The translations under genes and the position numbers were made by a program. A DNA stretch of 64,000 nucleotides, from positions 9,494 through 73,493 of the forward strand of contig CACAIR010000002.1 in NCBI GenBank assembly GCA_902532565.1, given 5' to 3'. Below the pieces are notes generated by a model, which saw nothing but the letters and a program-made list of their open reading frames with translations, searched no databases and was not told the origin of the DNA. Positions 1 through 8,471 of this stretch are shown here, one piece after another (positions within the stretch are counted from its first letter, which is position 1; each line of letters starts with the position of its first letter). The DNA is from an uncultured Pelagibacteraceae bacterium (lineage in GTDB: Bacteria > Pseudomonadota > Alphaproteobacteria > Pelagibacterales > Pelagibacteraceae).

Positions 1-149
1 AATAAACCTGCTCCGGTAGCAAGTGTGTTTGCAGTGAGTCTTAAAGCATTATCATTTGTAAGATTTTCAGCCATTATTCCAGAGCCAACAATAATCATTA
101 CTAAAAAACAACTACCAATAAATTCACCAATGAAAATTTTATTCTTCAT
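1..149 (-). CDS. MIP/aquaporin-family channel (AqpS-like), N-terminal part; runs off the window start
   Basis: Manual translation from ATG at 149: MKNKIFIGEFIGSCFLVMIIVGSGIMAENLTNDNALRLTANTLATGAGL; the EFIG...GSGIMAE.L...ANTLATGAGL pattern is typical of this MIP subfamily. Not in the ORF track. Confidence 0.75.
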   Translation of the reverse strand, partial: MKNKIFIGEFIGSCFLVMIIVGSGIMAENLTNDNALRLTANTLATGAGL

Positions 150-162
150 AATCTAAGAATTA

Positions 163-384
163 TTAAATTATAACCTTATAAATTCCAATTAAGAACAATG
201 GTATTTGTAGTCCAAAATTAGTTAGTATCGCTTTATCTTTGCTAACAAATCCAGCGATAGTCCATCCAACAACTCCTAATCCGTGAAAGTATATATTCAA
301 AGGATATATATTTAGATTTGTTAATAGAATACCAACTAAAACTAAAAATGTACTTATCCATTTTATATAGTTATTTTTAAACAT
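163..384 (-). CDS. small membrane protein (DUF6552-like)
   Basis: 73-aa hydrophobic ORF (KWISTFLVLVG...NIYPLN...GW), tightly spaced in a minus-strand run. Confidence 0.6.
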   Translation of the reverse strand: MFKNNYIKWISTFLVLVGILLTNLNIYPLNIYFHGLGVVGWTIAGFVSKDKAILTNFGLQIPLFLIGIYKVII

Positions 385-401
385 AATTATCCTTTCTATT
401 T

Positions 402-740
402 TTATAAAAAATTAGCGATATATTTGTGTATAAAGAAACCAATAATTAACAATCCTAGGCCTGCACCATAAATCATTAAGAAATTCATATTTAAAGATTT
501 TGCAAAGAAGAAGGGTAAAAAAAATAGATAACTTACAGGGATAGCAACTAGTATGCTCTTAGTAAAAAGCACAGTTTTTTCAACATCATTATGTTCATAA
601 TAAGAAAATGCGATAGCTATAAGTGATACAAGTGGTAGAGCGATAATAAATCCTGCCAATTTGGGGTTTTGACCTGACAGCCAACTAGCAAAAGCTATTA
701 TGATTGCTGCAAGTACAATTTTTAAAGTAAAAAATATCAT
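402..740 (-). CDS. DUF3147-like membrane protein
   Basis: 112 aa, about 4 TM segments, K....A.II...S.LS...P.LAGFIIALPLVSL motif. Confidence 0.65.
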   Translation of the reverse strand: MIFFTLKIVLAAIIIAFASWLSGQNPKLAGFIIALPLVSLIAIAFSYYEHNDVEKTVLFTKSILVAIPVSYLFFLPFFFAKSLNMNFLMIYGAGLGLLIIGFFIHKYIANFL

Positions 741-753
741 TAATAATTCAAAT

Positions 754-1143
754 TTATTTGGTTATACATTTTTTGCATAAACCAAAAAATTCAAGATTAT
801 ATTTACTATATTTCATACCAGTTCTATCTTTAAAATTTGATAAATACTTTGAAAGACTGGAATTATTAATTTCTGTTACTTTTTCGCAGCTTTCGCATAT
901 AGAAAAAGCAGTTGCTTTTGACACCTGACAACTTGAATTTTGACATGCAATAAAAGCGTTTCTACTTTCAATTTTATGAATTTTTCCTATTTCAACTAAC
1001 TTATCTAATGCTCGATAAACCTGTAATGGAGCTTTGATACCTTTTTTTTGAACATTAAAAAGTATCGCATAAGCCTTCATTGGTTCATTTGATTTATCGA
1101 TTAAATCAAAAATAATTTGCTGATTTTTTGAAAGAGTTTGCAT
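754..1143 (-). CDS. zur: zinc uptake regulator (Fur family)
   Basis: AY.IL...VYRALDKL, HKIESRNAFIAC, CESC and C-terminal CKKC; directly downstream of znuCB. Confidence 0.9.
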   Translation of the reverse strand: MQTLSKNQQIIFDLIDKSNEPMKAYAILFNVQKKGIKAPLQVYRALDKLVEIGKIHKIESRNAFIACQNSSCQVSKATAFSICESCEKVTEINNSSLSKYLSNFKDRTGMKYSKYNLEFFGLCKKCITK

Positions 1144-1167
1144 TTTATTTACTTTACTGATTCCTCA

Positions 1168-1971
1168 TCAATTTTTCAATTTAATCGATTGCTTTATATT
1201 TAATAATGACAAAATAAATAAGAATAAAGAAGCAGCTATTATCGAAGGCCCTGACGCAGTATTAAATTCTAATGAAGAAAATAATCCTAAAATCACAGAT
1301 AATAATCCACCAATAATTGAATACATCACCATTTTCTGAGGACTTGATGATATATTTCTAGCCATTGCAGCTGGTATAATTAACATTCCAGTAATTAATA
1401 ATAAACCAACCATCTTTATTGAAATCGCAATGATTGCAGCCATCAAGATTGTAAATATTGCTTTTGCACGATCTGGATTTAATCCTTCAGCTTCTGCTAA
1501 TTCATAATTAACTGTTGATGCAAACAAAGGTTTCCAAATTAATTTTAAAACTAAGAGGATTAATACTCCTCCAATCCAAATTATTAAAAGATCATCAACA
1601 GTAACTGCCAATATATCTCCAAATAATAATCCCATAATATCAAATCTAATAAACGATAAAAAACCTATAACCACCAGTCCCACAGCCAGTGATGAGTGAG
1701 CTAAAAGACCAAGCAAAGCATCACCTGGTAGATTAGTTCTTTTTTGTAATTGTATTAATGTTAAAGCTATTAAGGATGAAATTATAAATACTGAAAAAGC
1801 TATATTAAATTCCATTGAATAAGCTAGAGTAACACCTAGTAACGCAGAGTGGGCTAGAGTATCTCCAAAATATGAAAGTCTTCTCCATATAACAAAACAT
1901 CCAAGAGGTCCCGTCACTATTGCAACTCCAATTCCAGCTATTAAAGCTCTTATAAAAAAATCATCTAACAT
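1168..1971 (-). CDS. znuB: zinc ABC transporter permease
   Basis: GPLGCFVIWRRLSYFGDTLAHSALLG, LFGDIL motifs. Confidence 0.95.
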   Translation of the reverse strand: MLDDFFIRALIAGIGVAIVTGPLGCFVIWRRLSYFGDTLAHSALLGVTLAYSMEFNIAFSVFIISSLIALTLIQLQKRTNLPGDALLGLLAHSSLAVGLVVIGFLSFIRFDIMGLLFGDILAVTVDDLLIIWIGGVLILLVLKLIWKPLFASTVNYELAEAEGLNPDRAKAIFTILMAAIIAISIKMVGLLLITGMLIIPAAMARNISSSPQKMVMYSIIGGLLSVILGLFSSLEFNTASGPSIIAASLFLFILSLLNIKQSIKLKN

Positions 1972-2718
1972 TTAGTTCTTCTTTATTTCACCTTCACTAG
2001 TGTGGATGTGATCGTGTCTATGTTCATATCTTGATAAAATTTGAGAAGCTTGTTCACCAAACAAAGCTTTATATTCATTATTTTTTGCTACTTCTATAGG
2101 AGAACCTGAGCAACAGACATGACCGTTTAAACAAACAACATGATCAGTAGCGCTCATTACCGTATGTAGGTCGTGAGAAATTAGTAAAATTCCGCAATTC
2201 AGCTCATCTGAAATTTTTTTTATTAGTTCGTAAAGAGCAATCTCACCAGTAAAATCTACTCCTTGCACCGGTTCATCAAGTACTAATAGTTCTGGTTTTT
2301 TTGAAATAGCTCTTGCAAGTAATACTCTTTGAAATTCTCCACCAGATAAATCACCTAAATTTTTATCTTTAAGATGTATAACACCAGTCAGTGACAAAGC
2401 TTCATCGATTGTTTTCTTATTAAGACTTTCAGTTAACACCATGAAATCATTTACTCTGAGCGGCAAGGTCCAATCTATTGAAATTTTCTGAGGAACATAT
2501 CCAACTTTATTAGTGTATTTTTCAACTGAACCATCAATTTTTTTGTAAATACCAAGAGCAATTTTAGCTGTTGTACTTTTTCCTGATCCATTTGGACCAA
2601 TAAGAGTAACTATTTTACCTTTTTCAACTTGAAGAGATACTCCTTTAACGAGCCATTTATTATTTAAATTAAAACCAGCTTTATTTAACTTTACAAGTAT
2701 ATTTTGTTCTGAGCTCAT
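1972..2718 (-). CDS. znuC: zinc ABC transporter ATPase
   Basis: Walker A GPNGSGKS, LSGGEFQR, LDEP, SHDL, CLNGHVCCSG, His-rich tail. Confidence 0.95.
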   Translation of the reverse strand: MSSEQNILVKLNKAGFNLNNKWLVKGVSLQVEKGKIVTLIGPNGSGKSTTAKIALGIYKKIDGSVEKYTNKVGYVPQKISIDWTLPLRVNDFMVLTESLNKKTIDEALSLTGVIHLKDKNLGDLSGGEFQRVLLARAISKKPELLVLDEPVQGVDFTGEIALYELIKKISDELNCGILLISHDLHTVMSATDHVVCLNGHVCCSGSPIEVAKNNEYKALFGEQASQILSRYEHRHDHIHTSEGEIKKN

Positions 2719-2738
2719 TTTATTCCTTGACTAATACA

Positions 2739-2771
2739 TGTTATATTATTACAGAGTGTTATATTATAACA
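2739..2771. promoter_or_regulatory. two tandem Zur boxes between divergent znuC and znuA
   Basis: TGTTATATTATTACA (2739-2753) and the perfect 7-1-7 palindrome TGTTATATTATAACA (2757-2771) match the proteobacterial Zur core TGTTATANTATAACA. Confidence 0.85.
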
Positions 2772-2788
2772 ATTTAAATATACAACAT

Positions 2789-3889
2789 ATGAAAAACATT
2801 AAAAAATTACCATTTATCTTATCAATACTATCATTCTTAACTATTTTTGTACCAGCAAAAGCTGAAATTAAAGTAGTTACTTCAATTAAACCAATTCATT
2901 CATTAGCAAGTTATTTAATGGATGGAGTAGCTAAACCAGATCTTATTGTAGATGGATATGCTTCTCCTCATGGATTTGCCTTAAAACCCTCACATGCAAA
3001 AATGCTACAAGAAGCTGATTTAATATTTTGGGTTGGTGAAGATCTGGAAAATTTTTTAGAAAAACCATTAAAATCAATAGCTAAAAAAGCTGAAAAAATT
3101 GAATTATTAGAAATTAAAGGATTAACAAAATTAAAATTCAGAGAAAGAAACATATTTGATGAACATGATGATCATGGACACGATGATCATGCAAAAAAAG
3201 AAGACGACCATGATGATCATGATAAAGAAGGTCATAAGGAAGACGACCATGATGATCACGATCATGATAAAGAAGGTCATAAAGAAGACGACCATGATGA
3301 TCACGATCATGATAAAGAAGGTCATAAAGAAGACGACCATGATGATCATGGTCATGATGAGCACGGACATGAAGGGCATGCTCATGGAGAGTATGATCCG
3401 CATATTTGGTTAGATCCAATGAATGCAAAAGTGATTTTGAGCGAAATGGCAGAACACTTGATCGAAAATGATCAAAAAAATGAAGCTAAATATAAAGCAA
3501 ACTTAAAAAAAGCACATAATGATTTAGATAAACTAACCAAAAAAGTTAAATCTGATTTAAAAAAAGATTTTAAATCAATCGTTTTCCATGATGCCTATCA
3601 ATATTTTGAAAAAAGGTTTGATGTAAATGTGTTAGGTGCTTTCACTGTTAATACAGATGTTATGCCTGGAGCAGAACAATTAGCAGAAATTAGAGAAATA
3701 ATTGAACATGACAAAGTAAGTTGTGTATTTTCTGAACCTCAATTTAACCCTGATATAATCAAAGCAGTTGCTAAAGATATGAATATTCAGACTGGGGTTA
3801 TAGATCCTTTAGGAGCTACTTTAAATCCAGGAAAAGATTTATATTTTGATCTTATTAGAAATATGTCGAAATCTTTTAGAGGCTGTTAA
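2789..3889 (+). CDS. znuA: zinc ABC transporter substrate-binding protein with long His/Asp-rich loop
   Basis: Signal peptide after ATG 2789 (the track start at 2738 overlaps the Zur boxes); VVTSIKP, SPH, DPHIWLDP, FHDAYQYFE, EPQF motifs. Confidence 0.95.
   Translation: MKNIKKLPFILSILSFLTIFVPAKAEIKVVTSIKPIHSLASYLMDGVAKPDLIVDGYASPHGFALKPSHAKMLQEADLIFWVGEDLENFLEKPLKSIAKKAEKIELLEIKGLTKLKFRERNIFDEHDDHGHDDHAKKEDDHDDHDKEGHKEDDHDDHDHDKEGHKEDDHDDHDHDKEGHKEDDHDDHGHDEHGHEGHAHGEYDPHIWLDPMNAKVILSEMAEHLIENDQKNEAKYKANLKKAHNDLDKLTKKVKSDLKKDFKSIVFHDAYQYFEKRFDVNVLGAFTVNTDVMPGAEQLAEIREIIEHDKVSCVFSEPQFNPDIIKAVAKDMNIQTGVIDPLGATLNPGKDLYFDLIRNMSKSFRGC
3200..3348 (+). repeat. in-frame tandem repeat encoding the ZnuA His-rich loop
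   Basis: Units start at 3200, 3239, 3284 and 3329 (periods 39, 45, 45 nt); 3239-3283 and 3284-3328 are identical 45-mers (EDDHDDHDHDKEGHK). Confidence 0.9.
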
Positions 3890-4033
3890 CTAACGAAAAA
3901 AATCTGATAAGTTTTAATTAAGGTATAAATACAGATATTTAGTATTTTATTTGAATGAATATATTTTTTTATGACAATAATATATATTACTGCTAGATAT
4001 TATAGAAATATTTAATTTTGAAATAAAAAAAAT

Positions 4034-4417
4034 ATGGGAATTAAATCAGCACAAACACTAGTACAAGAAGCTTATTCAAAGGTAAAAACAATTAATACAG
4101 ACGAAGCATTAAACCTTGTGAAAGATGGTAAATGTAATTTAATTGATATTAGAGACATTAGAGAATTAGAAAAAGAGGGAAAGGTTGAAAATGCAGTTCA
4201 TATCCCAAGAGGTATGCTAGAGTTTTGGATAGATCCAAATAGCCAATACTTTAGAGAGGGAAAATTAGATTTACAAAAAGAAATGGTTTTATTTTGTGCC
4301 GCAGGAGCAAGATCAGCATTAGCTGCAAAATCTTTACAGGATATGGGTTTCGAAAAAGTATCTCATATAGAGGGTGGATTTGGGGCAATTAAGCAAAGTA
4401 AATTTAAAATAATCTAA
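4034..4417 (+). CDS. single-domain rhodanese/sulfurtransferase
   Basis: IDIRD..E...EG....AVHIPRGMLEFWIDP and active-site loop FCAAGARS. Confidence 0.9.
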   Translation: MGIKSAQTLVQEAYSKVKTINTDEALNLVKDGKCNLIDIRDIRELEKEGKVENAVHIPRGMLEFWIDPNSQYFREGKLDLQKEMVLFCAAGARSALAAKSLQDMGFEKVSHIEGGFGAIKQSKFKII

Positions 4418-4438
4418 TAAATTGTAAATTAATTATTA

Positions 4439-5254
4439 TTAGTTATTTAAAGCATCAGAAAGTAATTTTTTACTCTTAAGTAGCGTATGTAATCCTTTAA
4501 TACCATACTTTTGGTCATTTTCTTGAACTAGTTTTACCTTAACAATTCCATACTTATGGTAAAAATCTCTCCAAAAATAATTAATAGGATTTTTTTTATA
4601 ATACTTAGGTGTTTTTAAAAAAACTTCATTAAATCTTTGTCCTATTTTTTTAAAAATATTATTTGTTTTTAAATTAATATTTTTTTTATAAAAACTCTTA
4701 AGTTTTACATTGTTTTTGCGCATCAATATTGACAATCCAAGTTCATACTTAGAAACAATTATATTTCGATCATTAATAGGTTTGATTTTTTTCCACCACT
4801 TCAAAATTTTTTTATTATGAAATAACTCTCCGCTGAAGAAAAAAAAATAAGTTCCTATATGATCTGTTAATTCAAAAGATCTGGAGATGCCCCAAAATTC
4901 ATTTTTTTTTACATTTATATGTTTTACTAATGACAATATTTTTTGTGGTTTTATAAATAAAATACTAGAATTTACAAAAAATAAGTTCTTATCTTTATAA
5001 TTTGCATTAAATTTGTTATGCAAATATTCCCACCCACACTTATAAGAATTGAAATCATAACCAATGTTTTTTCGTTTAATGATTTTTACTTTAGATTGAA
5101 GCTTTTTAGTTTCATTTGAATTGATTTTGGTTGATATAAATATTATTTTCTTAAATATATTCTTACTTTCTTTCAAAAATTTTATTATATCTTTTCTTAT
5201 TAAGCCTTTAGAATGATAATGTGCAAAAATTAAATAGTTTTCTTTGTTACTCAC
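4439..5254 (-). CDS. rhamnan synthesis F (RgpF)-like polysaccharide biosynthesis protein
   Basis: IFAHYH, RKNIGYDFNSY, VNSS, FWG, YELGLS motifs; GTG start. Confidence 0.7.
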   Translation of the reverse strand: MSNKENYLIFAHYHSKGLIRKDIIKFLKESKNIFKKIIFISTKINSNETKKLQSKVKIIKRKNIGYDFNSYKCGWEYLHNKFNANYKDKNLFFVNSSILFIKPQKILSLVKHINVKKNEFWGISRSFELTDHIGTYFFFFSGELFHNKKILKWWKKIKPINDRNIIVSKYELGLSILMRKNNVKLKSFYKKNINLKTNNIFKKIGQRFNEVFLKTPKYYKKNPINYFWRDFYHKYGIVKVKLVQENDQKYGIKGLHTLLKSKKLLSDALNN

Positions 5255-5277
5255 TGATCTATTAAAATTGATAATTA

Positions 5278-6570
5278 TTAATTACTTTTAATTTCTTTAT
5301 ATAAAAATTTTATCATCCTTCTTCCAGATTTACCATCGATGTTACCAAGATAGTAATTTAATGCTTGTTTATCGTAATTTGTTAAATTTTTAATTTTATT
5401 GTTTGAATTTAAATATAAATTTAATTTTCTAAAAAGTTGTTTTTTTGAGTTTACATAATGTTTTTTGTTTTTAATTTTATGTACATCAAATGGATTATTT
5501 TTTTTTTCATTATTAAAATTTGGAATTATCAAATTTCTTCGAGCCGCAATAGCTTCGAAAACTATTGTAGAATTAAATGATATGACAACCTTAGCATCTC
5601 TTAAATACTTTTCACCTGGACCCCATTCTACATATAAGCAATTTTGTGATAAATATTTTAAAATATTTTTTTTGCTATTGTCACCAGTTTTACCTTTAAA
5701 TATTATAGTTGTATCTAAATTATTTTTTGCATATTCAGATAAATAACTAATTGATTGATTATATAATTTAATCCAATTGTTATGTTTTGATTTATTTTTT
5801 GAATATATATTTGTATCAAATAAAAAAAATACAATTATTTTCTTTTTAGGAAAATCATTTTTTAGATCAAATGAGAAATCAGATCTTGGACAACCATTAA
5901 TTACTATTTGTTTGCTATTTGCAATTTTTGTTTTAATTAACATCTTTTTTTGACTATCTGAATATACTGAAATTTTACTTGCAAGGGATTTGTCATTGTG
6001 TTTTTGATAAATCTCTGACCATATTTTTTCTCCATTAGGAGTTAAAACTGACTCTTTATGCAAAATGATAAATTTTTTATTTAAATTTACACAAACTTCA
6101 TCAAAATATTTCTCGGCATAATAAAAAACATTAAAACTTATAAATGCATCTATTTCAAAAAATTTATTTAGAACATTAAATGAGTCAGTTAAAAATTTTA
6201 CAAAAGCTTTTTTTTTCTTAAATTCATCATCGTTTTTTATTTTTGTATAATAATCTTTTTTATGTTTTTCTTCAAAAAAAAATGCGTGCACTTGTTTTAA
6301 ATAATTTCTTGGTAAAAAATAAACTTTGATATTATTTTCTTTTTTGCATTTAAATGATTGAATTAGATCTTCCGTACCCCCACTTTTTGGAAATATCAAA
6401 ATTTTTTTTATATTTTTATTTTTATATTTTATTTTTTTTAGTTTTTGAATATTGAGTAATAAAATAAATGCATATAACTTATGACTATCAAATTTTAAAG
6501 CAATGAAGGAAATTGCTAACCAAAATTTAATTCGAAGTGAATAGATCTTTTTTATTAATTGATTTTTCAC
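5278..6570 (-). CDS. hypothetical GT-B-like surface polysaccharide biosynthesis protein
   Basis: GCPRSD, ISFNSTIVFEAIAA, YYLGNIDGKSGRR resemble the C-termini of capsule-synthesis/glycerophosphotransferase-type GT-B proteins; very AT-rich. Confidence 0.5.
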   Translation of the reverse strand: MKNQLIKKIYSLRIKFWLAISFIALKFDSHKLYAFILLLNIQKLKKIKYKNKNIKKILIFPKSGGTEDLIQSFKCKKENNIKVYFLPRNYLKQVHAFFFEEKHKKDYYTKIKNDDEFKKKKAFVKFLTDSFNVLNKFFEIDAFISFNVFYYAEKYFDEVCVNLNKKFIILHKESVLTPNGEKIWSEIYQKHNDKSLASKISVYSDSQKKMLIKTKIANSKQIVINGCPRSDFSFDLKNDFPKKKIIVFFLFDTNIYSKNKSKHNNWIKLYNQSISYLSEYAKNNLDTTIIFKGKTGDNSKKNILKYLSQNCLYVEWGPGEKYLRDAKVVISFNSTIVFEAIAARRNLIIPNFNNEKKNNPFDVHKIKNKKHYVNSKKQLFRKLNLYLNSNNKIKNLTNYDKQALNYYLGNIDGKSGRRMIKFLYKEIKSN

Positions 6571-6783
6571 TATTTTATTTATTTTAATTTTTACAAAATT
6601 TATATTAGGTAAATAATATCACTATATACAAATAAAAAAAAAGACAACAATCATTATTTTACTAGATTTTCGCGACTATTTTAATCAAAGTTCTAGTGAT
6701 AAGTATATACATTTACAAGTCTTGCCAAAAATTTAATTAAAGATAGTTGTATAAATAATTATTTTAGTTTAAATAACAAAATT

Positions 6784-7896
6784 ATGCTTACGTATATAAT
6801 ACCCTTTATTGTATTAATTTTAATTGTTGTGTTTATCCATGAATATGGCCATTATTATTTTGCTAGAAAATATGGAGTAGGTGTTACTGATTTTTCAATT
6901 GGCTTTGGTAAAGAAATATTCGGATGGAATGATAAATTTGGAACAAGATGGAAGATATGCTGGATCCCTCTTGGTGGTTATGTAAAGTTTTTTGGTGATA
7001 GAAATGTTTATTCTCAAGAAGACCATGAGGAAATTTTAAAAAAATACAGTAAAGAAGAACAAGCAAAATTATTTACATTAAAACCTTTATATCAAAGAAC
7101 TTTGATTGTTTTTGGCGGACCTCTTGCTAATTTTTTATTGGCACTAGTTATTTTCTTCTCAATATATACTTTCATTGGTAAAGATTTCACTCCAGCTGTC
7201 ATTAATGAAGTTCAAAAAGAGAGTCCTGCAATGGTTGGTGGCCTAAAAGAGGGTGATGTTATTCTTGAAATTGATAATAATGAAGTTCAAAGTATTTTAG
7301 ATGTCTCTAAATACATAATGATGTCTACAGATGATGTAATAGATTTTAAAGTTAAGCGCGCTTATGAGGAAATTATATTACAAATTAAGCCCAATTTAGT
7401 GGAAGGTGAAGATAATTTAGGAAACAGATTAAAAAAGAGAATGGTAGGTATTAAGATTGGTGCTTACAATGATCAAATGAATTATGTCAAATTAGGTCCA
7501 GCTCAGTCAATAATGCATGCCTTTAATGAGGTTTATTATGTAAGTGTTTCTTCTCTAAAATATATTGGCGGAATGATTGTTGGTAAAGCAGATACTTCTC
7601 AACTAGGTGGACCTATTAGAATTGCTAAAATATCGGGGCAAGTTGCAGATATCGGAATTTTAGCATTTATTAGTATGATGGCTTATATTTCAATTAGTCT
7701 TGGTTTAGTTAATTTATTTCCGATACCTATGTTAGATGGAGGACATTTAATGTTTTACGCAATTGAAAAGGTTTTAGGTCGTCCTTTGTCACAAAAAACT
7801 CAAGAAGGCTTTTTTCGAATCGGCATGTTTTTATTGATATCATTGATGTTTTTTACCACTTTTAACGACCTTAAAGACCTAGGTTTATTCAAATAA
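6784..7896 (+). CDS. rseP: RIP metalloprotease RseP
   Basis: HEYGH, PLGGYVK, GPLANF, PDZ segment, NLFPIPMLDGGH. Confidence 0.95.
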   Translation: MLTYIIPFIVLILIVVFIHEYGHYYFARKYGVGVTDFSIGFGKEIFGWNDKFGTRWKICWIPLGGYVKFFGDRNVYSQEDHEEILKKYSKEEQAKLFTLKPLYQRTLIVFGGPLANFLLALVIFFSIYTFIGKDFTPAVINEVQKESPAMVGGLKEGDVILEIDNNEVQSILDVSKYIMMSTDDVIDFKVKRAYEEIILQIKPNLVEGEDNLGNRLKKRMVGIKIGAYNDQMNYVKLGPAQSIMHAFNEVYYVSVSSLKYIGGMIVGKADTSQLGGPIRIAKISGQVADIGILAFISMMAYISISLGLVNLFPIPMLDGGHLMFYAIEKVLGRPLSQKTQEGFFRIGMFLLISLMFFTTFNDLKDLGLFK

Positions 7897-8052
7897 TTAA
7901 AAGATATTTAATTTAAAAAAACATAATAAAATCAACACTAATTTAATATTATACAAGATATTGTGTGTTTTATTTTTTAAACTACTAAAAAAAAGCTTGA
8001 TTAAATCAGGGTTTTTTGAAAAATATAAATTAATCAATAAACCGGAGCTAAA

Positions 8053-8328
8053 ATGAACAAAAAACAATTAATAGTCAAGCTTTCAGGGGCTTTAAATTTA
8101 AGCAAAGCAGATGCTGAGAGAACTTTTGACACGATTACAAATACCATTTTAGATGCTTTAAAAGCTGATGATTCAGTGAAAATTGCTGGATTTGGTACTT
8201 ACAAAGTTGCTAAAAGAAAAGCGAGAGTTGGTAGAAATCCTCGAACGGGTGAGCAAATTCAGATTGCTGCATCACAAAAGGTAAAATTCTTACCCGCAAA
8301 AGCTTTAAAAGAAGTATTCAATAAATAA
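8053..8328 (+). CDS. hup: DNA-binding protein HU
   Basis: MNKKQLI...GFGTYKV..RKARVGRNPRTGE...VKFLPAKALKE; SD GGAG upstream. Confidence 0.95.
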   Translation: MNKKQLIVKLSGALNLSKADAERTFDTITNTILDALKADDSVKIAGFGTYKVAKRKARVGRNPRTGEQIQIAASQKVKFLPAKALKEVFNK

Positions 8329-8336
8329 ATTTTTCT

Positions 8337-8375
8337 TAACAGCCTTAATGCCTTAAAAAAGCATTAAGGCTGTTA
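8337..8375. terminator. perfect 15-bp stem hairpin between hup and amtB
   Basis: TAACAGCCTTAATGC-N9-GCATTAAGGCTGTTA; no strong U-tract on the + strand. Confidence 0.55.
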
Positions 8376-8471
8376 CTATATGCAAATAATGCATATCCAA
8401 TTTTCCTAATAAGCGTTAGTTATTTAAAATTATAAAAATATAACACTCTCTTTAACAATAGGAGAGGTCTA

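Noticed and set aside
2738-2788. ORF-track N-terminal extensions (znuA 2738; likewise suyA 27305, 44962, nuoB 52065, nuoG 56284, nuoK 60429)
   Set aside because: Downstream ATGs give better N-termini; the extensions overlap operators or upstream genes.
3200-3348. Direct repeats that might be a CRISPR array
   Set aside because: No unique spacers, in frame within znuA, and no cas genes.
2968-3428. Alternative-frame ORFs (61, 90, 96 and 85 aa; Met/Ile-rich or His-rich) over znuA
   Set aside because: By-products of the stop-free GAT/CAT repeat and antisense frames of znuA.
5490-5510. Long poly-T/A tracts as phase-variation switches
   Set aside because: Homopolymers of 8-11 nt are frequent throughout this AT-rich window and the ORFs are intact; there is no evidence without read-level data.
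7996-8010. CTTGATTAAATCAGG upstream of hup as an FNR box
   Set aside because: Spacer is 3 nt rather than 4 and the right half is imperfect; more likely a -35 element.
8349-8396. NtrC-binding sites upstream of amtB
   Set aside because: TGC/GCA spacing does not match TGC-N11-GCA, and no sigma54 -24/-12 motif was found.
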